Part shown: positions 22,651 to 35,351 of the stretch, one piece after another
How the letters are laid out: each line of letters opens with the position of its first letter
How positions within the stretch are numbered: the stretch's first letter is position 1
NCBI GenBank assembly: GCA_002269645.1
Contig: NIVC01001865.1
Location: 1 to 64,000 of the forward strand
Direction of reading: 5' to 3'
Source: Macrostomum lignano
Taxonomy: Eukaryota
Length of the DNA stretch: 64,000 nucleotides
Made by a program: the position numbers and the translations under genes
Notes under the pieces: generated by a model
Database searches by the model: none
Told to the model about the DNA's origin: nothing
Seen by the model: only the letters and a program-made list of their open reading frames with translations

Positions 22651-23514
22651 ATGACTGAGAAATCTTCTAAACCGAATAAAAATTCAAGGCATTGATCGCC
22701 CAGACGCCTTCGGCGATAAGCGGAACGTGACTTCTAATTGCCCACATAGCCGAGCTGAGCTACTCAAAAAGTCGTAATTGCTCTTGAAAACGGAAATTTT
22801 TTCTTGAACCTGCGTCTGCTACTCAATTTTTATTAAAATGTAGCTCTCCAAACTAATTCTGGATTCAATGCAAAAGGAATAATTCTTGATAATCAGTCAC
22901 GAGCGCATTAACGCTTGGAAAATATATTTAATAGAATATTGATGATTTCCTCTGCGCCTGCCGATGCCACTCCTTGAGGATGGCCGGACTGGCGGCTCAC
23001 AACAGCTAACGATCAATGGAGAACCTGCGTTTTTCAAATTCAAAGACAGAATCGCAGATTAAAAGCCGAGTCTCCGATCTGGGGAGGCTGGGAGAGGAGG
23101 GGGTGCTTCATCCAGCCTGAGCAAATGAAGCCAAGTTCGAGCTCGTATGACTATTATGAAGAGAAAACTCGAACTCAACAGGAAACGAGTTTCTAGGGAT
23201 ACGGGCGCTTTATTCGATAAATTAGAAAGGGAAAACAGCCGAATTTGAGCAGAGCTGCCTTGCTTATTGCCTAGCGGATCACGTGGCTACTCAACTGCGT
23301 AAACTTAGTCAGTCTGCTACTCAGCATGAAAAACAATTTGCCTTTGACTCCAATTGAGTTGATAAGAAACTCTACAACGGCAGTAACGTGTAAATAATTA
23401 AAAAAGGGTTACGCAGACACAAGCATTCGATTTCGACATCTTTTAAATTCTAAAGTGCATTTTGATTTTTTCTAACTGTCCATACTGGTAAGGAAGGGGG
23501 CAGCTCAGACAGTG

Positions 23515-24918
23515 CTAACCCGTGCCGTTGTTTCTGACCGAATTTCGACTCGTTAACAGGAAGCCGCCGCCATTTTGCACTTCCATGGCGTGAACCTCCA
23601 CCGTTGTCACTGTCACCATCGCCGAGCAAGTCGTTGCCCCCGCCTCTGCACCCGCCGCTGCCGACGCCGCCGCCGCCTTGCCTGCCAGTTCGTCTTCCTC
23701 CTCGTCCTCGTCCTCATCGCTGATGCGATCTCGACGCGCTGCGGCACCTCCATCCTTGCCGGTGATTCTTCCACCGCCTCTGACATCGGCTGCGGCCGCG
23801 GACGCACCCGGGCACTGCAGGTTGGCGCAGCAGCAGAACACGGCCGACATCATGCGCTGGCGGAACGACTGCATTATGATGCAATAGACCACCGGATTCG
23901 TGCACGAGTTCAGAGTCACCAGGGCCACCCCGATCAGCTGGGTGGGCGAGTTGTACACGTACTGCACAAGGTCGAGGTGGCCCAGCAGGTAGTAGATGCA
24001 GTCGTAGCTGAAGCACACTATGAAAATGCCTGTGATGATCACCGCAGACTTTGTCAGCTCCGTGGCTGCCCGCTGGCGAAACCGGCTGGTCTGTATGCCG
24101 CGATCGCCCAGCCGGTAAATTATAGCCGTATACAGGCAAACCACAGCGGCCACGGGCCCCAGGTACACCAGGAAAAACCACACAAAGCCGTACACACGGA
24201 ACGCCTTCTTAAACACCTGGCTGGTGATTTCCGTGCTGCACAGATTGTTATCGGCGTCGAATTCCACTGAGAAGACGTCGATGATGTTCACCAACAGGGA
24301 GTAGCCGTGCAGCACCAGAAGATGAACAGCGGCGCTTCGATAGTTGAGCATTTTGTACTTGACTGGCTTGAACACGGCGAAGAAACGGTCGATGGCTATG
24401 AGGATGAGGTTCTGAACGCTGCTGAACACAAAGTACCAGTATAGAAGCTGGCTGGCAACCACATGGCACAGGAGGAAGCCTACGCTAATATTGTTGGTAG
24501 GATTCTGCGACGGCTTCACTAGCAGTATTAAGGTTGCAACGCAAACCATGAAGTCCATGAGCGTCTGGTGGAGGAACACGGCCGAGGCGAACTTCGACTG
24601 GTAGCGCCGCCTCAGCAGAGTCAGGATGACAAGAAAGTTGCCCACCAGGCCCAGGGTGGTGAACACGCCCTGCATCCAGCGCAGGCTGTCCACCCACCAG
24701 GAGGGATACGAGGACTCTGCTAGCGTCGTTGTCCCATTGGTATCATTACAAACTCCGAAAGACAATAGAGAAGAGGCATTTGGCAGCGAACTGCTGGAGT
24801 TGACCGAGTTAAGCTCGAACTGGCCCGGCAGCGTAGCCTGCCGCAGGCGCTGGCTCAGGTTTCGATTGTATTGATCGAGGCTGTCCAGAAATTCGCGTCT
24901 GACTCGCTGCTCCTGCAT
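23515..24918 (-). CDS. Intronless class A (rhodopsin-like) GPCR, probably peptide-receptor type (galanin/allatostatin-receptor-like orphan)
   Basis: First ATG at 24918; 467 aa. Seven TMs with TM1 GN, TM2 Asp (HQTLMD), TM3 Cys and AIDRF, ECL2 Cys, TM5 Pro, TM7 NPVVY and a Cys-rich helix 8. The N-terminus has several N-X-S/T sites. Confidence 0.92.
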   Translation of the reverse strand: MQEQRVRREFLDSLDQYNRNLSQRLRQATLPGQFELNSVNSSSSLPNASSLLSFGVCNDTNGTTTLAESSYPSWWVDSLRWMQGVFTTLGLVGNFLVILTLLRRRYQSKFASAVFLHQTLMDFMVCVATLILLVKPSQNPTNNISVGFLLCHVVASQLLYWYFVFSSVQNLILIAIDRFFAVFKPVKYKMLNYRSAAVHLLVLHGYSLLVNIIDVFSVEFDADNNLCSTEITSQVFKKAFRVYGFVWFFLVYLGPVAAVVCLYTAIIYRLGDRGIQTSRFRQRAATELTKSAVIITGIFIVCFSYDCIYYLLGHLDLVQYVYNSPTQLIGVALVTLNSCTNPVVYCIIMQSFRQRMMSAVFCCCANLQCPGASAAAADVRGGGRITGKDGGAAARRDRISDEDEDEEEDELAGKAAAASAAAGAEAGATTCSAMVTVTTVEVHAMEVQNGGGFLLTSRNSVRNNGTG

Positions 24919-25899
24919 AATTCTTGATCGGGGCTGGCGCACAGTGGCAGTCGGTGCTGAGGGCTGCTGGCGTCAATTAGTGAGGCATAATCTCGTCAAT
25001 TTTTGTGTCGAAATTTTCGCAAGAAGCAGGCGAGACACCAATCTGACTGCTCGCTATCCGTCGTTGCTCCGTCTGCGCTTCCTTCCTATTGCTGCTTTCG
25101 CGGCTTAAAATATTCTTCCTTGGGCTCAAATTCTATTGGCTGAGCTGTCGATCAATGGCTGGCCGCTTATGAGCTTGCAATAAAACTGAGGAAAACCGCA
25201 GGAATTTCTCATTCTTGCATTCAAGGCGCGGAAAAGCGACATTGGCTTGTGCAGTTAAAACTCAGGTATAAAGAAGATGCTTCTAATTGAAGAATCAGAC
25301 GGCTAGTTTAGCCGTATTGCACTGCATAATCCCTCAGAGCGTCCCTCGTGTGAAAATATGAAACAAAAGTCAAAATTTTTTACACATGCGCCTCTGGCTT
25401 GCCACCTAGTAGAAAATTTCACTAACAAGCTGCTCAAACAATCGATAGATATTGAAAGTCGCATGTGGCTGTTTTACTTACCGAGTGTTGCGTGCTTGCT
25501 TGGATAGGAAATAATGACGAAAATGTTGGATATTTTTGTGCGTACGCTTGAAAATCTGAAACGAATAACGGCAGCATCGTTTATTTTGTGCTCCGGAATC
25601 CCCTTTCTTCTAATGAAATGGGAAACTCCCCGGCTTCGACACAAATCGAACCGTATAGCGAGGGAACAAAAATTCCTCAAATCAAAAACCGTCTGCGCGT
25701 CATCCAAACTAAGAATAGTTGCTACTCTGGATGAGCAGCTCCGCCTTCCCAGGCGGTATTGCATCGTACTCATGTGCCAGAGGACCCGGATCGATTCATT
25801 CAGTAGCTAATCCGAGGGGTTAAACTTTCAAGGGGTGCTTTGCTCAACTAATTAACAAGCGCCTAATAGAAGGGCGCCTCATGTTCCACAATGACACCC

Positions 25900-26345
25900 G
25901 ACGTCACAATCCCAAATTTCCCCAAAGAACACATTCCCCAAATGACACATTCCCCAAATGACACATTCCCAAAATTTCACATTCCCCAAATGACACATTC
26001 CCAAAATTTCACATTCCCCAAATGACAAATTCCCCAAAGGACACATTCCCCAAATGACACATTCCCCAAATGACACATTCCCCAAATGACACATTCCCCA
26101 AATGACACATTCCCCAAATGACACATTCCCCAAATGACACATTCCCCAAATGACACATTCCCCAAATGACACATTCCCCAAATGACACATTCCCCAAATG
26201 ACACGTTCCCCACATTGCACTCCCCCATTACACATTCCTGAAATTACACATTCCTGAAATTCCACATACCCAAATTTCACATTCCCGAAATTACTCATTC
26301 CCCAAGTTTCACGTTTCCCAAAATACACATTCCCCCAAATTACAG
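25900..26345. repeat. 16-bp minisatellite (ACACATTCCCCAAATG)
   Basis: Period 16 in 26030-26200, degenerate at both ends. Confidence 0.93.
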
Positions 26346-27814
26346 ATTTCCCCACTTTTCTGAGCATGCAGTTTCACTAACCAAAAACTACATGTAACAC
26401 AATCCCGACTTTTATGCAGCCTCTTTTACTTTTTTTACTAGTTACATCAAAAAGTTCTGATAGTGAACGATAAGTTCTCCATAGACAATGCACTATGCTG
26501 GATCTTGAAACGTGAAAGCAACTAAGGGTAGGGTAATTACGGCGTTTGTAGAAGTGAGCCTGCATGAAGATGGAAAAAGTCAGTGCAGATGTAAACCTTT
26601 GGAAAAATGGATAGTACTGCCTTATATTTGGCAATGCTATATTAAGAGTAAATTTAAACTACCAAGGCTTTTGAACAGCTTGCATTGTTTTTTTACGAGC
26701 TATATTGAGAAGCAATTTATCCCGTCTGGTCTACACTAAATAAATAAATATATGTGTTTTAGTATTCAACGGGGCGTGACTCCTTCAGGGGCGTGAGTGC
26801 TCTATATACAACTCTTACTTTTTTGCTTATTTCCATTATTGCCTTTTATATTCTGCATGACCCAAGACCTCTCAAAAAGGATCTGCTTTCTGAGTTCGTT
26901 CGATTTTGTTCAATATGTAAAAAGCGCATACGCAAATGGGATTTATATTTTAATCGATTTCAATGATCAAAAAGACCAGCTTTTTATTTTAAAAAACCGA
27001 GGAATTCCCTACCTTATCTAACACTTCCCAGGCTAACACTACTAATAGTAGGGTGAAAGCAAACGTATTACGTAGCGAAGCTTCATTCCAAAGAAATGCG
27101 ACTTTTTGGGTTTCAGTACTTTTTCTGTTTCAAGCAAAGCTTTTCTGGTCGTGTGAAGTTTTGAATTTTATTGTGAAGTGAATTCATTATGCGATGCAGT
27201 GAATCCATTTAATATATTTAAGAATGAATTCTAAGTTGTCAAGCAGAATGTTTTGACAATGTATTGTACGTATTTCTGGAGAGCTCAACTGAATAATTGA
27301 GCACCCGCTTACTAACACACTCGTCGGGATGGCTTACACAGGTACAAGTCCTGAATGAGTAATATCCTGGACTCAAGCCTTCATGTTGCGTGCCGTATAT
27401 AAGTGACTGAATTATACCGTGGGTGCCGCTTGGTCTGAGTGGCTATATGTGTATACGGCCTTCTGTTCTCATGGTTCAGGGTTAGGTGCTTTATCCGAAA
27501 ATTTTAGCTTTTTCCACAATGTTAGAGCCCTATGAGCCCTAAGCACATAAGGGCCAACGGAAGTCCTTTTGGTTTAGTGTCCAGCCGGCCACCCTTGCAT
27601 CATTGTTGTTGACTGCCATTAACATTTTGGAGCTGCAGGCTTGCAATCATTGGTGGCTCTTACCAATGCAATTGGCCTTTAAAAATGTAAGGGTCAAACT
27701 GATATACAAATTCCATTTTTTTCTGATACCCACCAATATCAATTTGTGGACTAATACCCATCCCAGTCCTTTTGTGGATCGAATACCCATCCCTATCTAA
27801 TTCTATGGACCGGA

Positions 27815-28190
27815 CACCTATCCCTATCTAATTCTATGGACCGGACACCTATCCCTATCCAATTCTATGGACCGGACACCTATCCTATCCAATTCTGTGG
27901 ACCGGACACCTATCCCTATCCAATTCTATGGACCGGACACCTATCCCTATCCAATTCTGTGGACCGGACACCTATCCCTATCCAATTCTGTGGACCGGAC
28001 ACCTATCCCTATCCAATTCTATGGACCGGACACCTATCCCTATCCAATTCTGTGGACCGGACACCTATCCCTATCCAATTCTGTGGACCGGACACCTATC
28101 CCTATCCAATTCTATGGACCGGACACCTATCCCTATCCAATTCTGTGGACCGGACACCTATCCCTATCCAATTCTGTGGACCGGACACCC
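27815..28190. repeat. 31-bp minisatellite (AATTCTRTGGACCGGACACCTATCCCTATCC), ~12 units
   Basis: Period 31 (ggaccgg at 27961 and 27992). Confidence 0.95.
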
Positions 28191-31100
28191 ATTCAACACC
28201 CAACCCTTTAAAAATAGGGATCGACAGTCACACTATTTACCCAAAAACCCTAACCCTGGTCTAGTAACCCTAAATCTAAACCCTTCGAGCGCATCATAAT
28301 ACAATGCGAGCTTCAGCCACAATAGGAAATGACACCCTAGAATTACCATCTGTACAATAAGTCTGTTGAACAAAAGCTGGAGGAACGCTAAGGGGCTTAT
28401 TAGAAACAATCTGCTTTCACTGCATCAGTGCAGACTGAGCTTTTGAGCTTCCTGTATATTATAGTTTAGAACGCCGAGAAAACGAGCGGGATGCACAAGC
28501 GCCTTCTAGTCGTTGCAGCCTGGCAATTATTAATCCCCGTCAGTCAGTTTTAGAACGCGTTTCTGAACCTAATTTATTACATGTAGGTGAGATCTTTGCT
28601 AGGCCGAGATTCACGTGAGAAACTCCTCCCCACCTAAAGCCTGGCTTCCCTCAGTTAATTAACATTCTTCAAAAGCGTCTAAACAATGCTCCTGCTGCAA
28701 AATTCCCTAGCTCACTAGCTGTCCGCCGCGTCATCGTGTGCATAAACAATTTTCTTTCAAGCTGCAAGCAAGCAATAAGAGAGAACTGCAGCGGGATCGA
28801 TTTCTCGCTTCAAATTCCCGCCCGCGTCTGCGGATCGGGCAGGGGCAGCTGCACTGCTTTTATCTTAATTTGAGCCTTCGCATGCGCGAGTACAAGAGAA
28901 TTTCCCCTGCCCTAGCTGTTCCTGTATAGTCCGGGTTAAAATTATAGCGCGAATTAGAGCGCCTTGTCCTCAATGCGGTTCTGCACGGAAACTAATTACA
29001 CGTATAGCGAAGAGCTAAGCTTTCAATCTCTTTGAGATGCTTGCAGATGCATTTTAAACGATGCATGTTTCGCTGCGCTGGTGCAAAGCAGCAGCTGCCA
29101 GTGCAAACGGAAATAGGAATAGATAGATGTTCGACCAGAATTTCCGCAGATTAGTCGAAATGCACGTATTTATGATGTATGCGTAAATTCTGTAAAACTG
29201 AACTTGATCGAGCACTCAATTGTTGCATTTGAAACTTAGGAATTCGCAGTAAAATTATAATTAGACCCTCATTATGGTCATGACCATTGGGTGTAATGTA
29301 GCAGTTACATGTATACTATTCGAGCTTCATGTAATTAATATGAACTATAAGTGATTCCCATTCATAACCGCTTACATGCAGATCCTGTGTAGCTGTTCTT
29401 ACGCTACACACAGTTTCTGCATGCATATAAACTTTATTATTATGTTTGACCTAATCATATATGATTTGCTGACAACTCATGTATGTTTGTACAGAGCAGC
29501 ATTTCTATATAAAAATTTATAATTTTTTACAATGATTACAGGCTACATGTAAATGCTAATGCAGAACCCACTTTTGTACATGTAAATGTTGTTTAAAAGA
29601 AAAATTTTCTTTTTAAGCCTGCATATTGCCGTAAAACTACTTGCTACAAATAGATTTTTGTGCTAAATAAAAGTCACGTGACACTTGATTTAACATTGAA
29701 CGGAATGCCGTGACTTCTACTTTTTTATTTAAAAAACTAGCTAATATTTAAATGATGAGCATGGTAATTGCTTTTTGTTAGCCGTATATCTTTAGAGAAT
29801 CTCTACAATCTTTATCAAAATATAGAGCCACCCTTCTATCCATTCTTAGGTCTTAACCCTCCAAAATCCACCTCTCAACAAATTTCTGCTTTCTGCTTGA
29901 CCATTTTCATCCGATTGTGTATTGTAGCTTAAATCAGCCTTTTTTTAAACTAGCCAGCTTTTGTGAAAGAATGCTGAGATTAATTATCGAATTGATATCA
30001 ATTTTCTTTTTCCATTCATTTTAGCCGTTAATAATCAAGTAATTGTTTTTTATTGATTTCATAAATTGATTTCGTAACGCAAAAAAACTTACCGCTCCTT
30101 GACAGATTCGAACAACCGTTTTCATAGAATCCATACCGACCTTTCTTGCCTTGAGGCTTGAGGCTTATTCATATGTTTCTTTGAGAGTTTGCCAAGCATA
30201 TTTGTCTTATTGTTGAGTTAATTTTTTTATAAAACCTATGCCTAGTAACTTTATATTTTTTTATGCGCCAAGTTTCAATTTTTCAAGAATAATTACAATT
30301 GCAAACAAAGTCTATAAATTGTAGTCTAGTATAGCAACCATATTTTTTTAAATACAAGTTATTTCACTTAATTGCAATGAAATTCAACCCGCAATTCTAC
30401 CATGATTAGGCCTAACCATGCCAATATTGCCAAATAATTTGACACCACCTTATTTGTTACAAAAAGGAACTATAATGAAGGCAAGCTTCTTTTCTTCTAC
30501 TTTACTGTGATAAATTATTTTAATGTGGTTGTGAAAAATAATAGAATATGAAGTCATTAGTGTTAACTATTTATATGGTTTAATAGTAAAAGTTTAATTT
30601 GTTAATAAATATTAAAATGACAGATTGAAATTATATGAAACAATAAACACAAAAACTAGAAAAAATGTTCAGTAATAGCTGATATTGATATTTTTGTGCT
30701 TTTTCTATTTTAGGCTCTAACCTAAATTAATAATTATACTATTATAAGGACACATGTGCAATAGTCTGGATCATGCTAGGCCTAGGTGCATGCCTGAAAA
30801 AAATTGAATACTTACAAATATATGCCAAAAAATTGAGTGCCTAAAGTAAAGGACCATTTTTGGCTAACATTTTGGTTGACTATTTATCTTTCTTGTCAAT
30901 ATTATTTATAGCAGAAAATTGATACAAACAAACATTTGTTCAAATGCCTTATCTCACAAGCTTTAAAACCAGAAGGCTTAAAATTTATGCTTAAAATGAA
31001 CTTTTCATTTTTTCCACTTAATATTAACTCTTCCATTTGATTCTATAAAGTGCATGCACATTATTTTCTTAGAAGTAATGCATGCCAACTGTGCACTTTT

Positions 31101-32019
31101 GGCATTCAAAGCCAATGCATACCCAAATTATTAGGTATATACTACATGATCCAGAGTATGGCATTTAAGTAAAAATTTGTTAAGAGATAGATTTTGGAAG
31201 GTAAAGACCCAATAAGAGATAGAAAGGTGGCTTTATATTTTAGTTAAAATTTGCTTTGTGCCCATTTTGATTTTTTTCTAGTCTCTATCTAATACAGCAA
31301 TAGGGTTAAAATTAAGGTTGAAATTATAAAATTAAAAGTTAATTAGTTAAGATTTTTTTATCTTAATCTTGAAATATACTAAATCTCTAATATTTGTATG
31401 CTTGCTTGTCCATAATCCTATATACTAAAAATGAAATGTCTGTAACTAGCTATGCGATAGATTTCAGAAAAAATGGCTCAACCGATTTTCTTCAAACTTG
31501 CACCATTCGATCAGAAATTTTCCTGGGACGGTACATGCATCTTGGCTAAAAAATTGCTCAATTCTAAAGGGATTAAATATTCGAAAAACATGCTTTTTTG
31601 CAAAGGTCAAGCAGCTCTTTCGACCTGAAATGCATTGTAAGAATGCTAGAGAAAAAACTGACTGACTGAATTCCAATTGTGATAAAGATTACATCACAAC
31701 CAGTTGAAAACAGTGCCGAACAAATGCACACAAAACTTTATTTAAATTGCGTAACAATATTGCTAACTTAAATTGACACTGATACTGGCTGACTGAGAAA
31801 TTGATTATGTCATAACTTTTTACTCTAACCGATTTGCTATAAGAATTTAATTATAAGGGCCACAATTAACGTACTCCAATTGACAAGAGATAGCATAGAT
31901 GCGAACAGACTGGACTGCTAATGCAGCGACCTGGGTTCGAATCTTAGTAGTGCAAAAAGATTTTTTTATTCAAAAACCTTAAAAACACAAATGCTAAACA
32001 CAAAAAAGCACAATGTCAA

Positions 32020-34490
32020 ACATTAAAGAGCCACCATGTCAAACATTAAAGAGCCACCATGTCGAACATTAAAGAGCCACCATGTCGAACATTAAAGAGC
32101 CACCATGTCTAACATTAAAGAGCCACCATGTAAAACATAAAAAAGACACCATATCAAACATAAAAGAGCCACCATGTCAAACATATATGTGAGTCCAGGT
32201 CAAACAGTAAAGAGCCACCATGTCAAACATAAAAGAGCCACCATGTCGAACATAAAAGAACCACCATGTCCAACATAAAAGAGCCACCATGTCAAACATT
32301 AAAGAGCCGCAATGTCAAACATTAAAGAGCCACCATGTCGAACATTAAAGAGCCACCATGTCAAACATTAAAGAGCCGCAATGTCAAACATTAAAGAGCC
32401 ACCATGTCGAACATTAAAGAGCCACCATGTCGACCATTAAAGAGCCACCATGTCTAACATTAAAGAGCCACCATGTCAAACATTAAAGAGCCACCATGTC
32501 TAACATTAAAGAGCCACCATGTAAAACATAAAAAAGCCACCATGTCAAACATATATGTGAGTCCAGGTCAAACAGTAAAGAGCCACTATGTCAAACAAAA
32601 AAAAGAGCCGCCATGTCGAACATAAAAGAACCACCATGTCCAACATAAAAGAGCCACCATGTCAAACATTAAAGAGCCTCAATGTCAAACATTAAAGAGC
32701 CACCATGTCGAATATTAAAGAGCCACCATGTCTAACATTGAAGAGCCACCATGTCGAACATAAAAGGGCCACCATGTCAAATATTAAAGAGCCACCATGT
32801 AAAACATTAAAGAGCCACCAGGTCAAACATAAAAGTGCCACCATGTCAAACATTAAAGAGCCAGCATGTCAAACACTAAAGAGCCAGCATGTCAAACATA
32901 AAAGAGCCACCATGTCGAATATTATTGAGCCACCATGTTAGACATTAAAGAGCCACCATGCCAAACATAAAAGAGCCAACATGTCGAACATAAAAGAGCC
33001 ACCATGTCAAACATAAAAGAGCCACCATGTCGAACATCATTGAGCCACCATGTCGAACATAAAAGAGCCACCATGCCAAACATAAAAGAGCCAACATGTC
33101 AAACATAAAAAAGCCACCATGTCAACCATAAAAGAACCACCATATCAAACATTAAAGAGCCACAATGTCAAACATAAAAGAGCCACCATATCAAACATTA
33201 AAGAGCCACAATGTCAAAAATTAAAGAGCCACCATGTCGAAGATTAAAGTGCTACCATGTCAAACATAGAAGAGCCACCATGTCAAACATTAAAGAGCCA
33301 CAATGTCAAACACAAAAGAGCCACCATTTCAAACCTAAAAGAGCCACCATGTCGAACATTAAAGAGCCACTATGTCGAACATAAAAGAGCCACCATATCA
33401 AACATAAAAGAACTACCATGTCAAACATTAAAGAGCCACCATGTCAAACATAAAACAGACACCAATAAAAACATTAAAGAGCCACCATGTCGAACATTAA
33501 AGAGCCATCATGTCAAACATAAAACAGCCACTATGTCGAACATTAAAGAGCCACCAGGTCAAACATAAAACAGAGCCACCATTTCGAAAAGTAAAGAGCC
33601 ACCATGTCAAACATTAAAGAGCCACCATGTCGAACATTAAAGAGCCACCATGTCAAACATAAAAGATCTACCATGAAGAACATAAGAGAGTCACCATGTC
33701 AAACAATAAAGAGCCACCATGTAAAACATTAAAGAGCCACTATGTCGAACATAAAAGAGGTACCATGTCAAACATTGAAGAGCCACCATGTCGAACATAA
33801 AAGGGCCACCATGTCAAATATTAAAGAGCCACCATGTCAAACATTAAAGAGCCACCATGCCAAACATTAAAGAGCCACCATGCCAAACATAAAAGAGCCA
33901 CCATGTCGAAAATAAAAGAGCCACCATGTCAACCATAAAAGATCCACCACGTCAAGCATATACATTACTCCATGTCAAACATAAAAGAGCCACCATGTCA
34001 AACATTAAAGAGCCACCATGCCAAACATTAAAGAGCCACCATGTCAAACATTAAAAAGCCAGCATGTCGAACATAAAAGAGCCACCATGTCGAACATTAT
34101 TGAGCCACCATGTCAAACATTAAAGAGCCAGCATGTCAAACACTAAAGAGCCAGCATGTCAAACATAAAAGAGCCACCATGTCGAACATTATTGAGCCAC
34201 CATGTCAGACATTAAAGAGACACCATGTCGAACAACTGAGCCACCATGTCAAACATAACAGAGACACCATGTCAAACATTAAAGAGCCACCATGTCAAAC
34301 ATTAAAGAACCACGATGTCAATCATTAAAGAGCCACTATGTCAAACATATACGTGACTCCATGTCAAACATTAAAGAGCTACCATGTCAAACATAGAAGA
34401 GCCACCATGTCAAACATAGAAGAGACACCATGTGTCCATGTCAAACATAGAAGAGCCACCATGTCAAACATAAAAAGAAGTGTCATGCCA
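32020..34490. repeat. 23-bp satellite (AAACATTAAAGAGCCACCATGTC), ~100 units, inside the Helitron
   Basis: Period 23 (32041, 32064). A variant unit ATATRTGTGAGTCC/GTGACTCC recurs at ~32184, ~32550 and ~34347. Confidence 0.95.
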
Positions 34491-34539
34491 AACAAAATGG
34501 AGCCACTATAAAGCTAAGGAAATTATTGCACTAGCTACT

Positions 34540-35235
34540 TGATGTCTGGTGGATGCTTGCTATTTAAGGATGGATACTTGCTATCAGGGGGATGCTTGCT
34601 ATCTGAGTGATGCTTGCTATTGGGGGGAGGGATGCTTGCTATCGGAAGAATGCTTGCTATCTGGGGTAACTTGCTATTGGGGGATGCTTGCTCTTGGGGA
34701 GTGGAGGCTACTTGCTATCTGAGAAGGGGTTGCTAGCTATCTATAAGGATTCTTTGTATCCAGGGATGCTTGCTATCTGGGGGATGGTTGCATGTTGTCT
34801 GGGGATGCTTGCATGCTGTCTGGGGATGCTTGCTATCTGGGCAATTCTTGCTATCTGGGAGATGCTTGCTATCTGGGGGATGCTTGCATGCTGTCTGGGG
34901 ATGCTTGCTATCTGGGGGATTCTTGCTATCGGGGGGATGCTTGCGTGCTGTCTGGGGATGCTTTCTATATCTGGGGGATTCGTGCTATCTGGGAGATGCT
35001 TGCATGCTATCTGGGGATGCTTGCTATCTGGGGGATGCTTGCTATCTGGAAGATGCTTGCATGCTGTCTGGGGATGCTTGCTATCTGGGGGATGCTTGCT
35101 ATCTGGAAGATGCTTGCATGCTGTCTATGGATGCTTGCTATCTGGGGGATTCTTGCTATTTGGGGGATGCTTGCTATCTGGGAGATGCTTGCATGCTATC
35201 TGGGAGATGCTTGCATGTTGTCTGGGGATGTTTTC
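34540..35235. repeat. 18/21-bp satellite (CTATCTGGGGGATGCTTG) inside the Helitron
   Basis: Directly visible; source of spurious ORFs 34688-35364. Confidence 0.93.
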
Positions 35236-35351
35236 TTTACAGATGGAATGTCTGTTGTCTTTGTGAAAGCTTTATTTCGCTGTCTTTTTGTTACTTTTAG
35301 AGAACAGATATTCTATTTAGATGTCCCCCATCAGGGGGCAAAGATTGCTAG

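Larger units (their letters stand above)
31416..35351 (+). mobile_element. Non-autonomous Helitron (~3.9 kb) carrying two satellite arrays
   Basis: 5' end A|TCCTATATACTAAAAATGA followed by GGCTCAACCGATTTTCTTCAAACTTGCAC (recalled as similar to Lep1-type Helitron 5' regions). 3' GC hairpin TG-T-CCCCC-ATCA-GGGGG-CA (35322-35340) lies 7 nt before terminal CTAG (35348-35351). No Rep/Hel ORF. Confidence 0.75.

Noticed and set aside
25326-25823. piggyBac-like element (right end CCGAGGGG|TTAA)
   Set aside because: The matching left end is only a degenerate ATAATCCCTCAGA, with no TTAA and no transposase.
27420-27490. Third SINE/tRNA-like head (TGGTCTGAGTGG...GGTTCAGG)
   Set aside because: The B box is poor, there is no cloverleaf and no second copy.
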